DNA from: Candidatus Omnitrophota bacterium
GTDB taxonomy: Bacteria > Omnitrophota > Gorgyraeia > Zapsychrales > Zapsychraceae
Direction of reading: 5' to 3'
Assembly (NCBI GenBank): GCA_018812705.1
Contig: JAHJCZ010000028.1
Coordinates: 11,092 to 75,091, forward strand
DNA length: 64,000 nt
Shown here: piece by piece, positions 9,518 through 19,216 of the stretch
How positions within the stretch are numbered: the stretch's first letter is position 1
How the letters are laid out: each line of letters opens with the position of its first letter
Program-made: the position numbers and the translations under genes
The notes under the pieces: model-generated
What the model was told of the DNA's origin: nothing
The model's input: the letters and a program-made list of their open reading frames with translations, nothing else
Database searches by the model: none

Positions 9518-10255
9518 GTGTTCAGATACCTTTTTGATGGAATTTGCAACCTGATCTATCCCCCAAAATGCCTTGCATGTAAAAGACCGATCCTTGCTCA
9601 AAACCCAACGGAAGTACTGTGCCAACATTGCATAAACTCCATAATGTTTAACATTCCTCCATTTTGCCCAAAATGCTCTCGCCACCTAGGAAAACATCCA
9701 AAATATTCTAAATGTAAAAACTGCTCGAGATCAGAACTATTCTTTGATTTTGCATGGTGCGCCTGCTTTTTTGAAGACCCCTTAAAAGAACTGATCCATA
9801 AATTTAAATATGATCAAAAAACTCAATTAAGCGATCAATTTTGCAAACTGATGATCCATTTTATTCAAGAATATTGCATGGACATTGAACAATTTGATCT
9901 TATAATGCCTATTCCTCTGCATCCTGCGCGTAAAAGGGAGCGAGGATACAATCAATCTTTTCTGCTTGCATCTAAAATATCAAAATCATTTAATATTAAT
10001 CTAAATATTAATCTTTTAATTAAAGTTAAAAACACTAAAAACCAATCCTTGTTAAGCAAAAAAGAACGCTGGACAAATATCACTGATGCTTTTAAAATAA
10101 AAAACCCCAATGCAGTAAAGAACAAGTCAATTCTATTAATTGACGATTTACTTACAACAGGAGCTACTTCTTCAGAAGCCGCAAAGGTATTAAAGATCTC
10201 TGGAGCAAAAACTGTTGGAGTATTTACACTAGCCGGGGCTCAATTAGAAAGATAG
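9518..10255 (+). CDS. comFC: ComF family protein (double zinc-ribbon plus phosphoribosyltransferase domain); the start is a GTG in the track
   Basis: N-terminal CxxC...CxxC zinc ribbons (PPKCLAC, CQHC, CPKC, CKNC) and a C-terminal PRTase motif ILLIDDLLTTGAT. Confidence 0.7.
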   Translation: MFRYLFDGICNLIYPPKCLACKRPILAQNPTEVLCQHCINSIMFNIPPFCPKCSRHLGKHPKYSKCKNCSRSELFFDFAWCACFFEDPLKELIHKFKYDQKTQLSDQFCKLMIHFIQEYCMDIEQFDLIMPIPLHPARKRERGYNQSFLLASKISKSFNINLNINLLIKVKNTKNQSLLSKKERWTNITDAFKIKNPNAVKNKSILLIDDLLTTGATSSEAAKVLKISGAKTVGVFTLAGAQLER

Positions 10256-10262
10256 CAAATAA

Positions 10263-11348
10263 ATGAAGATAATAAAAAGATACGCTTTAGGAGAATGCAT
10301 ACTTCCTTTTTTTATAGCCCTAGGAGTTCTCACTTGTGTTTTTCTTCTTGGAAATCTTATTCAATTAACAAATCTTGTAATAAACAAAGGAGTTAGCCTT
10401 TCTATCGTCGGTAAGGTTTTTCTTTTATACATACCAGTCCTTCTTGGATATACTATACCGATAGCTTGTCTGATCAGCGTTATTGTTGGCTTTAGCCGAA
10501 TGTCAGCTGATAATGAAATATTAGCTTTACGCGCCAGCGGATTCTTTTTAGGGAAGTTCTTAGCTCCAATAATTGCAGTAGGGGTCATCTTCAGCCTTTT
10601 TTCATTTATTCTGAATGAAAGGATCATTCCTTATGCTTTTCACAAGCAACAGACCTTGCTAAAGAATATTGGCTCTTCAAATCCCACAGCTTTGCTAGAA
10701 GCTGGTATTTTTATTCATGCATTCAGCAATCAAGTACTTTTCATACATAAGATCGAGGATAACATCTTATACAACATAACGATCTATCAGCCACAAACTG
10801 ATGGCCCGACCAGAACCATTATTGCAAAAAAAGGTGAATTCACCCCTGTTCCGGGCAAGAATCAGATAAAACTAAAATTGATAGAGGGAACAAGTGATGA
10901 ACCAAATTTGAAAAATCCAAACAACTTTTATAAATTGAACTTTAAAAGTTATTTTATGACTCTTGACATGTCAAACAAGAAAAATAATATTGAAAAAAAA
11001 CCTAAAAGCATGAACCTTAAGGAACTAACCAAAGAAATAGACAGGCTTGAACGTCTGTTCATTGAAACCGGCAGGCTAAGGACGGAATACCACAGAAAAA
11101 TAACATGGTCATTTTCACCATTTTTCTTTATTCTTCTTGGCTTTCCCATAGCAGTAATTACCAATAGAAGAGAAAAATCAGCTAACATCGTATTAGCAAT
11201 GGGCTGTGCAGTCGCATATTATTTGCTATCCATGGGATGCGAAGCATTAAGCATAAAAGAAATAGTACCAGCATCGATCATTATGTGGGTACCAAACTGC
11301 GCTGCAGCAGTAGTTGCAGCTATCCTAAATTACAAATGCGTATCATAG
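10263..11348 (+). CDS. lptF: LPS export ABC permease LptF (YjgP/YjgQ family)
   Basis: Six-TM YjgP/YjgQ-family permease with a periplasmic beta-jellyroll insert. It is paired with a second paralog immediately downstream. Confidence 0.7.
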   Translation: MKIIKRYALGECILPFFIALGVLTCVFLLGNLIQLTNLVINKGVSLSIVGKVFLLYIPVLLGYTIPIACLISVIVGFSRMSADNEILALRASGFFLGKFLAPIIAVGVIFSLFSFILNERIIPYAFHKQQTLLKNIGSSNPTALLEAGIFIHAFSNQVLFIHKIEDNILYNITIYQPQTDGPTRTIIAKKGEFTPVPGKNQIKLKLIEGTSDEPNLKNPNNFYKLNFKSYFMTLDMSNKKNNIEKKPKSMNLKELTKEIDRLERLFIETGRLRTEYHRKITWSFSPFFFILLGFPIAVITNRREKSANIVLAMGCAVAYYLLSMGCEALSIKEIVPASIIMWVPNCAAAVVAAILNYKCVS

Positions 11349-12442
11349 AACGACATATAGCTTCCTCAATCATCAAGATATTTATATCTACGGCTTTTGT
11401 GTTTTGTTTGCTTTACATATTAATAGACACAACAAGCACTCTTGATGAGATCATAGACCGAAAAGTTCCTTTCAGCATTCTGGTTGAGTATTATTTATCA
11501 TACATTCCATTAATTCTGATCCAAACTTCTCCTATCGCGTGTCTTATCGCAACATTATTCACTTTTGGAGCATTAAATAACAACAATGAGATCATTGTCA
11601 TGCGTGCAAGTGGCTTAAATTTCTGGCAAATAACAAAACCTGCGATCTGCTTCGGGCTTATTGTTTCTGCTCTTATCTTTTGGATAAATGAAAAATATGT
11701 TCCTGACGCCAATTCAAATTTACAAAAAATACGGCTTGAAAACATGATATTAAAAGCTGACCGCGATAAAAGACAAAAAGCCATAAAGAACCTGACCTTT
11801 TATGGCAAAAAAAACAGGCTCTATTTTATAGATACTTTTAATCCTCAGGACTTTGAATTAAATGGTATCACGATCATTGAACATGACAATAATGCAAACA
11901 TTGAGCAAAAGATCGTTGCCCTGAACGGAAAATGGACTGGAATAGCCTGGAAATTTTTTCAGTGTCAAGTTACTTCATATGAGCCTGGCGAGATCAATGT
12001 GGCAAAAAAAATAAAAGTATATCCGGAAAAGTTGATGGACAGCAAGATGGAAACTCCCGAAGATTTTTTAAAACAACGATTAGACGTCAACTCAATGAAC
12101 ATAAAACAGCTCCATGAATATATTAAACGCTTCTCTAATAGTGGTGCAGTAAAGGCATTAAATAATTTAAGGGTCGACCTGCATCAAAAGATCGCTTCAC
12201 CTTTTGGAAATTTTGTAATAATCCTTGTAGGGCTACCTTTTGCATTGATAGTTCGCAGCAGAAAAAGGTCAACTTTTACATCGTTAGGGATCGCGATCCT
12301 GATCGGATTTTTATTCTATGTAGCGAATGCAGTTGCTTTGGCCCTTGGTAAAGGAGGTCTCTTCCCTCCTATTTTATCTGCTTGGATAGTTCCAGTTATC
12401 TTTACTGGGGTTGCAATTGCTTTAATTGAGACCTATTTCTAA
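11336..12442 (+). CDS. lptG: LPS export ABC permease LptG (YjgP/YjgQ family). I chose the ATG at about 11336 (MRIIERH...), which overlaps the lptF stop by about 13 nt; the track ORF begins at 11237, inside lptF.
   Basis: Second YjgP/YjgQ permease paralog with the same architecture. The overlapping start is typical of lptFG. Confidence 0.7.
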   Translation: MRIIERHIASSIIKIFISTAFVFCLLYILIDTTSTLDEIIDRKVPFSILVEYYLSYIPLILIQTSPIACLIATLFTFGALNNNNEIIVMRASGLNFWQITKPAICFGLIVSALIFWINEKYVPDANSNLQKIRLENMILKADRDKRQKAIKNLTFYGKKNRLYFIDTFNPQDFELNGITIIEHDNNANIEQKIVALNGKWTGIAWKFFQCQVTSYEPGEINVAKKIKVYPEKLMDSKMETPEDFLKQRLDVNSMNIKQLHEYIKRFSNSGAVKALNNLRVDLHQKIASPFGNFVIILVGLPFALIVRSRKRSTFTSLGIAILIGFLFYVANAVALALGKGGLFPPILSAWIVPVIFTGVAIALIETYF

Positions 12443-12443
12443 A

Positions 12444-12635
12444 ATGTTCGGACTTTATCAATTTATCATACTAGCTTTCATCGTATTCATAATCTTATTA
12501 TCAAAGATCAGTTCAACAAAGAAAATCATATTATTCTTAATCTTAGTTTTAATATTATTGTGGATTGAAAAACCGATATGGTTCATTAATCTTACAGGTA
12601 GGTTACAAGCTCTTACTCGACAGGCTATTCCCTAA
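12444..12635 (+). CDS. Possible small two-TM membrane protein (about 63 aa)
   Basis: An ORF with two hydrophobic helices lies in the convergent gap after lptG. I found no RBS or homology support. Confidence 0.2.
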   Translation: MFGLYQFIILAFIVFIILLSKISSTKKIILFLILVLILLWIEKPIWFINLTGRLQALTRQAIP

Positions 12636-12666
12636 ATATTTTCTTTTACTTCTCGCAATATAAAAG

Positions 12667-14736
12667 CTATTTTTTTTCATCAAAACTATTAAGATATGCT
12701 GCAACAGCAGCTGCCCTCTCGTTATTTCCCTGCAGCTTTAAAAACTTTATTGCTTCTTTGGCATGCTTTTTTGCTGCTGAAATATTCCCGAACGAAGAAT
12801 ACAACTGGGATAACAGAATATGCACAGACGGATCCTTTGAATTATCTTTAAGACAGTCTCTTGCTATTTCTAAAGCAGTACCATAATCTCTGAACCCCTG
12901 ATAATTAAAAGCCAAAAGCAATTTTGCCTCAGTAAGACCCGGATCAAGTTTTAATGCATTATTTATACTATCAATACTATTTGGATAATCTTTAGCTTCA
13001 TTATAGAATTGCCCCATAAGATAGTATGTTTCGGGATCATTCTTATAATTCTCAAGACTCTTGTTAAAATAATTAATTGCCTCTGAAAACTTATTATCCC
13101 AATAGCTAATATAAGCCAATAGCTGATACGCATTTCTGTTATAAGGGTTTTTTATCCTTGCTAATTTCAAAGAACGGTCATCCTGCAGAATTTGATACCC
13201 CATTCTATTCATTTGCAATAATAGATTAACAATAACATTAGACGGGACTAGTGCTCCTTTGCTTAATTGAAAATGCCCATAAAGATCATTGCGATTAATG
13301 CTTGTCTTCATTTCATAATATATTTCACCCTTCTTATCGTATACATCTTCAAGAGAGAACTTTTTGCTAATCCAATGATTCAAGAAATCAACAAAGACAA
13401 AATTCTTATCGCTTATCTTAACGGCGCATAATGAATTCTCAACACGTTTGCTACTTGTCTTTTTGTCTGCAAAAAGATTGAAAAAAGAACTCTCTTGACT
13501 ATCTGCTTCATTTTTTTCAGGTGGATTAGCCCAGGTAGACACATAATACACATCAAATCCCCTTGCCTTGAGAAGCACATAATTGAGCATAGAAATAAAC
13601 GCACTTTTAAATTTTCCATCCATTTCTTTCTTTAACTCTAAAGAATGCTTGCCAAAATTTTTATAGTACCATACTAAAAAATTTGGTGTCTCTGCATCTA
13701 AAAAATAGATAAAGAAAGGTACTGCCTTTTCATTAAACTCTTTCTCGCTTTTAAAAGAAAAAACTTCATTCTTCACCATGTTCAAATTTTTTTCCAGTTG
13801 AGCAATAATACTACCCTCGCTAGCTGAAGGGTCTATTTGAAATTTATCATATAGGACTTTAATGATCCCTGTAGCTTCGGTTAACGCCGAAAGCCTTAAC
13901 TTCATATCATAATTCACATTGTATAAAGAATGAAGGTCCTTATCAGAGAATATTTTTTTATATGGCTGAATTAGCCCTTGTAGTTGTTTTCCAAAATTTG
14001 CATCAAACTTGCTCGCTTTGAGCATGTATGCTTGCGCCCCCTCAATATCATTTTTTGAAGCTAGATATAAACCATAAAAAACATAAACTTGAAATAACCT
14101 GCCATAAGAATTCCTTTGGCCTTCACCTAATTTATCAATGCGGGTCAGCATACCATTGAGGTCATCAAAAGATTCAACCTGATCTAAAAATACTTTTGCA
14201 TAATTATCTATCTTTTCATAAATCCCCCCCTCATCTATAAAAATCAGTGCATTTTCAACAATAGCAAGATATAGATCAAATGTTTCCAGGCATCTGTTTT
14301 CTTGAAAATCAGAACATTCCACAATTAAATTTTCAACAATTTTAAACGCTATATTAAAATTACCCTTTTCTATCTCCTCATTGGCTTTTACATGAACAAG
14401 CCTAAATTTAACATTTAGATCTTCCCGTTGAACAGGCGCCGGTGTTTCAGGTATTTCTTCATGTATTTTTTCTGAGGCCTCAGGTATGTTTAATTCTTCT
14501 TCTGGAATTTCTTTAACACCCTCAATAATATCTTCATTAAACGGTTCGCCATCCACACTTTCAATCTCATCCAAATAGAAAGTTACCTCCACCCCCAAAC
14601 CGGTGTCCACCCTGACAAAATCCTGCGCACGTCCAACAAACTTGCCTCTAATGGTTTGACCTGACGTCAACTGAATCTTCTCGGCAAAGGATGGGGTACA
14701 CATCAGGATAAAAAGAAGTAATAATAGTTTCTTCAT
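12667..14736 (-). CDS. Large secreted tetratricopeptide (TPR) repeat protein, 689 aa
   Basis: Signal peptide MKKLLLLLFILMCTPSFA, with multiple TPR-like helical repeats in the C-terminal half. Confidence 0.6.
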   Translation of the reverse strand: MKKLLLLLFILMCTPSFAEKIQLTSGQTIRGKFVGRAQDFVRVDTGLGVEVTFYLDEIESVDGEPFNEDIIEGVKEIPEEELNIPEASEKIHEEIPETPAPVQREDLNVKFRLVHVKANEEIEKGNFNIAFKIVENLIVECSDFQENRCLETFDLYLAIVENALIFIDEGGIYEKIDNYAKVFLDQVESFDDLNGMLTRIDKLGEGQRNSYGRLFQVYVFYGLYLASKNDIEGAQAYMLKASKFDANFGKQLQGLIQPYKKIFSDKDLHSLYNVNYDMKLRLSALTEATGIIKVLYDKFQIDPSASEGSIIAQLEKNLNMVKNEVFSFKSEKEFNEKAVPFFIYFLDAETPNFLVWYYKNFGKHSLELKKEMDGKFKSAFISMLNYVLLKARGFDVYYVSTWANPPEKNEADSQESSFFNLFADKKTSSKRVENSLCAVKISDKNFVFVDFLNHWISKKFSLEDVYDKKGEIYYEMKTSINRNDLYGHFQLSKGALVPSNVIVNLLLQMNRMGYQILQDDRSLKLARIKNPYNRNAYQLLAYISYWDNKFSEAINYFNKSLENYKNDPETYYLMGQFYNEAKDYPNSIDSINNALKLDPGLTEAKLLLAFNYQGFRDYGTALEIARDCLKDNSKDPSVHILLSQLYSSFGNISAAKKHAKEAIKFLKLQGNNERAAAVAAYLNSFDEKK

Positions 14737-14803
14737 TTAGACAAAACTCCTTAATAATTGGATTTTTTGATGATCTGCATAGCTCATAGCCCTTGTATGA
14801 CGA

Positions 14804-15988
14804 TCACAAATACTTTCGAGCCAGGCGATTCCCTAAGCTACAAACAATTTCATAATTAATTGTTTTTGCATATCCTGCTAATTCCTCTGCAGAAATTGTT
14901 TCTTTCCCCTGTTTTCCTAAGATCACAACAGGCATGCCTATCCTGGGTTTCTTTACTGAAGACACATCAACAATGATCTGGTCCATAGTCACCCTTCCAA
15001 CAACCTTACACCGTTCTCCCCCGATCAAAACAGAAGCCTGGTTTGAGAACAATCGAAAATAACCATCATTATACCCAATTGGAATTACAGCAACTGTCAT
15101 GTCATTTTTTGAAAAGAACGTCCTTCCATAGCTGAGACTTCTTCCTTTTTCAATATCTTTAAGGAAAATCACTTGTGATCTAATGCTCATTGCCGGCTTA
15201 AGATCAACTTTGCCCTTAAGGCTCTTATCGGGATAAAGGCCATAAAGCATAAGGCCCGGCCTTACAAGGTTCAATACATGCGTTTTATATCCTGCCAATC
15301 CCATACTATTGGCCGCATGAATATATGGAATGATCAATCCACTTTTATCTAGTCGAATAACAAGATCATAAAGGCATTCTATTTGATTTCTTGTAAAGTT
15401 TTGATCAGTATCTGCAGCTGGGAAATGAGTGAAAATCCCCATGATCCTTAATCTGTTCAGTTTCATTAATTCCCCTACAAACTCAAAGGCTTCCTTATGC
15501 CAAACGCCTAGACGACCCATGCCTGTATCAACTTTCACGTGAATATCCACGATCTTTCTTTTTTTGACCGCGTATTCATTTAACGCATTTGCTAATTCTA
15601 ATGTGCAAACTGTCGGCATCAAATTATTATCTATGATCTTCTTGGCGCAAGATGCTAACGTCGTTTCAAACAACAGTATCGGTTTTTCTATACCTATCTT
15701 TCTTAAAGCTATACCTTCATTAATATCAGAAACTCCAAAAAAATTCACACCTTCTTTTTCCAGCAATAATGCAACTTGCTCAAATCCGTGGCCATATGCA
15801 TCTGCTTTTATAACAGCGAGAATTTCAGAGGGCTTTGGTTTTGTTTTTTTGGTACCTGTTCTTGACGGGAAAATGAATTTGTTTGCTGCAGCCAGTTTAT
15901 TAAGCTGTTTTATATTATGCTTAATTGCTTTTAAATCAATTTCAGCCCAAGTTAGAACATCACCGTTATTTTGCTTTTCCCTTATCAT
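14804..15988 (-). CDS. alr: Alanine racemase
   Basis: PLP-lysine motif AVIKADAYGHG and the overall Alr architecture. It carries a roughly 20-aa insertion before the PLP site. Confidence 0.85.
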   Translation of the reverse strand: MIREKQNNGDVLTWAEIDLKAIKHNIKQLNKLAAANKFIFPSRTGTKKTKPKPSEILAVIKADAYGHGFEQVALLLEKEGVNFFGVSDINEGIALRKIGIEKPILLFETTLASCAKKIIDNNLMPTVCTLELANALNEYAVKKRKIVDIHVKVDTGMGRLGVWHKEAFEFVGELMKLNRLRIMGIFTHFPAADTDQNFTRNQIECLYDLVIRLDKSGLIIPYIHAANSMGLAGYKTHVLNLVRPGLMLYGLYPDKSLKGKVDLKPAMSIRSQVIFLKDIEKGRSLSYGRTFFSKNDMTVAVIPIGYNDGYFRLFSNQASVLIGGERCKVVGRVTMDQIIVDVSSVKKPRIGMPVVILGKQGKETISAEELAGYAKTINYEIVCSLGNRLARKYL

Positions 15989-16699
15989 TGTTTCCTTCTA
16001 ACCTGACAATCTTCAGGATATAGATACACTGGTAAAATTTTCTCTACTTTATCAAACTTCTTTTCCCTAATAGACTTGTAAGCTAGAGCTGCTAAGTTTT
16101 TAGCTTTAGGATACCAAAGTTCTTCTTTCTCTTCATATAAAAATGTTGCCTGACTTTTTATTGATCTTGATCGTAAAATTTCTTCTTTTACTATTTCATC
16201 TTTATAAACATTAAGAGCATCACCAATAAAAACAACATCACCACTAATCTTCTGTAAAATATCTTGAATACTAGTTAACATATAATCTGTTTTTTTTTTT
16301 GATATTTAAGCCTTCTTTATCATAAACGCACCCAAAAACCATATTTCTTTTTGCATCGCAGATCGTACATACCTGCGCATTTTTTCTTTTTATATTTAAA
16401 GCTAAAACATCTAAGCTCGGGATCCCTACAATGGGCTTGTTTGTAGCATAAGCCAAACCCTTTACAGTTGAAACACCAACTCTCAAACCAGTAAAGGACC
16501 CTGGCCCTAATCCAACTGCAAAACCATCAATTTGAGATAGTGTAACACCTGCTTTTTTTAACACTTGCTCAATAGCTGGAATAATTGTTGAGCTAAGGAC
16601 TTTTTTTGACTTTAAATTCTTGGAACTAAGGACTTTCTCATTCTCTGAAACTGCTAAACTAAAATGTTTTGTAGACGTATCTATAGATAATATTCGCAT
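15985..16699 (-). pseudogene. tsaB: tRNA threonylcarbamoyladenosine biosynthesis protein TsaB, split by a frameshift inside an A11 homopolymer (plus-strand T-run at about 16290-16300)
   Basis: ORF 16271..16699 is a TsaB/YeaZ N-terminal half (MRILSIDTSTKHFSLAV...GPGSFTGLRVG). ORF 15985..16281 is the C-terminal half. Deleting one A gives a continuous protein of about 236 aa. Confidence 0.65.
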
Positions 16700-16702
16700 A
16701 AC

Positions 16703-17143
16703 TTATCGTTTTTCTTTCTTAGTTACCGTGATTGACCTTTCATTCTCGCTTTTATGCTTAAGCTCAAATGAATAATAATTCTTTGGCATTAAATTTTCTA
16801 ATTTTTCAGCCCATTCAATTATTGCAACACCATCTCCGAACAAATACTCTTCATAATCAAGTGAAAATATCTCGTTTGTATCCTCTATCCTGTAAAGATC
16901 AAAATGAAATATCGGAAATGACTTTCTTCCCTCATAAACATTCATCAAGGTGAATGTTGGGCTATGAACTTTTTTAGGGCTTATATGCAAACCTTTAGCT
17001 AATCCTTTAACAAGCGTTGTTTTACCGCTACCTAGATCACCAAAAAGGCAAATAATATCACCTGCCTTTATGCTGCTTGCAAATTTCTCTCCGAAATCCT
17101 TTGTTTCTTGCTGGCTCTTAGATAATATTCTTATTTTTTTCAT
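16703..17143 (-). CDS. tsaE: tRNA t6A biosynthesis ATPase TsaE
   Basis: P-loop GDLGSGKTTLVKGL and the YjeE-family size. Adjacent to tsaB. Confidence 0.8.
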   Translation of the reverse strand: MKKIRILSKSQQETKDFGEKFASSIKAGDIICLFGDLGSGKTTLVKGLAKGLHISPKKVHSPTFTLMNVYEGRKSFPIFHFDLYRIEDTNEIFSLDYEEYLFGDGVAIIEWAEKLENLMPKNYYSFELKHKSENERSITVTKKEKR

Positions 17144-17149
17144 ATACTG

Positions 17150-18055
17150 CTAAAAATGAACAAATCCCTTTTTCATTTTTATTTCCCTTTCTTCTCCCTC
17201 AACATCAACAGATAATAATCCAATAGATTCCCTTACAATTTCACCTATATGGTAAAATATATATTTTTTTTGTGATAAGATCTTTTTTGCTTCTTTAGGT
17301 GAAACTGTAAACAACAATTCAAAATCCTCGCCGTCATAATAAGCCTTCTCAATGTTTGCATCTTTTCTTAGCGGCACATTCTTTTCATACAATATAGCTC
17401 CAACTTTACTTCCCTTTAAAATATGATCAAGATCAGGGACTAATCCATCAGAAATATCTATCATTGAAGATATCTTATATTTATTTACCAAATACTGCGA
17501 CTCGGCGACTCGGGGCATAAACCTTAAATGCCAACCACTATTTAAAGAATTTCCTAATCGACCTGTAACGAAGACCTTATCACCTACTTTTGCACCATCT
17601 CTATAAACGGCCTTATCAGCATTTACCTCTCCGGTAAGCGCAACGTTAATAACATTATTTTCGCTCCTTACCGTATCTCCTCCAACAATATTCACACCGA
17701 ACCTTTTCGCAGCTGTTTTCATGCCCTGATGTATTTTCAATATAAAGTCTAATTTTATTGAAGGGGCTACCCCAAAAGAAATAACCGCATGCTTTGGTAT
17801 TCCTCCCATAGCCGCAATATCACTGACGCTGCAGCATACTGCCTTGTAACCTATTGCTTTTGGCGATGAATCCTTCGTAAAATGCACTCCCTCAACCAGC
17901 ATGTCAGTTGTAAGCAATAATCTCTTTTTGGACGACATCTTAACTACAGCTGTATCGTCACCAATACCTTTAATAACGTCTGACGAACAAGAAGTTTTTG
18001 ATCTTAATATATCTATCAAGCCAAATTCGCCAATACTAGCTATTTTTTTTTTCAT
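17150..18055 (-). CDS. thiL: Thiamine-monophosphate kinase
   Basis: AIR-synthase-related fold with GEFGLIDIL...GIGDDTAVV...VEGVHF motifs typical of ThiL. The coding sequence begins ATG followed by an A10 run. Confidence 0.75.
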   Translation of the reverse strand: MKKKIASIGEFGLIDILRSKTSCSSDVIKGIGDDTAVVKMSSKKRLLLTTDMLVEGVHFTKDSSPKAIGYKAVCCSVSDIAAMGGIPKHAVISFGVAPSIKLDFILKIHQGMKTAAKRFGVNIVGGDTVRSENNVINVALTGEVNADKAVYRDGAKVGDKVFVTGRLGNSLNSGWHLRFMPRVAESQYLVNKYKISSMIDISDGLVPDLDHILKGSKVGAILYEKNVPLRKDANIEKAYYDGEDFELLFTVSPKEAKKILSQKKYIFYHIGEIVRESIGLLSVDVEGEEREIKMKKGFVHF

Positions 18056-18066
18056 GATTTAAATTT

Positions 18067-18124
18067 GGGGACACGTACTTATTTTATATTGTTTGTTTTT
18101 TTTATGAAATAGGTACGTGTCCCC
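18067..18124. repeat. Long perfect palindrome: 12-bp stem GGGGACACGTAC / GTACGTGTCCCC with a 34-nt AT-rich loop, followed by a T-rich tail with CCCCTATTTT duplicated
   Basis: Read directly in the thiL-mtnA intergenic region. It shares the GTCCCCTATT motif with the palindrome at 45282-45337. Confidence 0.5.
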
Positions 18125-18139
18125 TATTTTTCCCCTATT

Positions 18140-19177
18140 TTATTTAAACATTGCTTTAATGTTCTTTGTATTCACAGGGCTGATAATACCATGTTCCGTA
18201 ATAATAGCAGTTATAAGCTCATGATCAGTTACATCAAAAGCAGGATTATAAACTTTTACATTCTTCGGTGCCGTAATCACGCCTCCAAAACTCTTGACCT
18301 CAGAACTATCTCTTTCTTCAATAGGGATCTCTTTGCCGTTATCTATCGTCATATCAAATGTTGAATATGGAGCAGCAATATAAAAAGGTATCTTATGATA
18401 TTTTGCCAATACAGCTAAACTGTAAGTTCCTATCTTATTCGCTGTGTCTCCATTTGAGGCAATGCGGTCAGCGCCGGCAATGATCAGATCAATTTTCTTC
18501 TGCTTCATTAAAGTAGCAGCCATATTATCGCAGATCAAGGTCGTATCAATTTTTTCTTTTAACAGCTCCCAAGTTGTAAGACGTGCACCTTGAAGAAGAG
18601 GCCTTGTTTCACAAGAATAAACTTTAAATTTCTTTCCTTTTTCTTTTGCTGCATACATTACACCTAAAGCCGTTCCATAATCAGCCGTCGCAAGGGCCCC
18701 TGCATTACAGACAGTCAAGACCGATTGGCCTGATCTTATGAATTTTTCTCCGTTGGCCCCTATCTTTCGGCACATTAATTTATCTTCATTAAAAATTTCC
18801 ATTGCCTCTATGTGAAGCTGCTTTATCGCCTCTCCCACATTAAGCTCAAGGCAGGTTGCCGCCGCGAATTTCATTCTCTCTAAACTATTGAAAAGATTTA
18901 CAGCAGTTGGCCGTGAAGTCCCGATATATTTGCAAACTTTATAAACATGTTTGACTAATTGCTTAACCGTTTTTCCTTTAAATTCCTTTAGCCCTAACAA
19001 AACACCAAAACCGGCAGCAACCCCTAAAGCAGGCGCCCCTCTAACGCTCAACCTTTTTATGCAATCCCAAAGCGTCTTAACATCAGAACAAGTAATATAC
19101 TCTAGGCTGCCCGGAAGTTTTGTTTGATCAATTAATCGAACATTTCCTTTTGTATATGTAATAGTCGGAACTGGCAT
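18140..19177 (-). CDS. mtnA: S-methyl-5-thioribose-1-phosphate isomerase (eIF-2B alpha/beta/delta-like family)
   Basis: VRLIDQTKLPGSLEYITCSDVKTLWDCIKRLSVRGAPALGVAAGFG matches the MtnA N-terminal signature. The length is 345 aa. Confidence 0.75.
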   Translation of the reverse strand: MPVPTITYTKGNVRLIDQTKLPGSLEYITCSDVKTLWDCIKRLSVRGAPALGVAAGFGVLLGLKEFKGKTVKQLVKHVYKVCKYIGTSRPTAVNLFNSLERMKFAAATCLELNVGEAIKQLHIEAMEIFNEDKLMCRKIGANGEKFIRSGQSVLTVCNAGALATADYGTALGVMYAAKEKGKKFKVYSCETRPLLQGARLTTWELLKEKIDTTLICDNMAATLMKQKKIDLIIAGADRIASNGDTANKIGTYSLAVLAKYHKIPFYIAAPYSTFDMTIDNGKEIPIEERDSSEVKSFGGVITAPKNVKVYNPAFDVTDHELITAIITEHGIISPVNTKNIKAMFK

Positions 19178-19216
19178 AGAATATTCCCCTTATTAAGATA
19201 TTTTTTATTGATATAT

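Noticed and set aside
9449-9685. 78-aa minus-strand ORF overlapping the start of comFC
   Set aside because: It is antisense to the well-supported ComF zinc-ribbon N-terminus, with no RBS and no homology. The divergent intergenic region is better explained as promoter space.
18056-18139. TPP riboswitch upstream of thiL
   Set aside because: The spacer is only about 84 nt and lacks the conserved CUGAGA / ACCUGAUCUGGAUAAUGC-type thi-box. It is instead filled by a simple palindrome.
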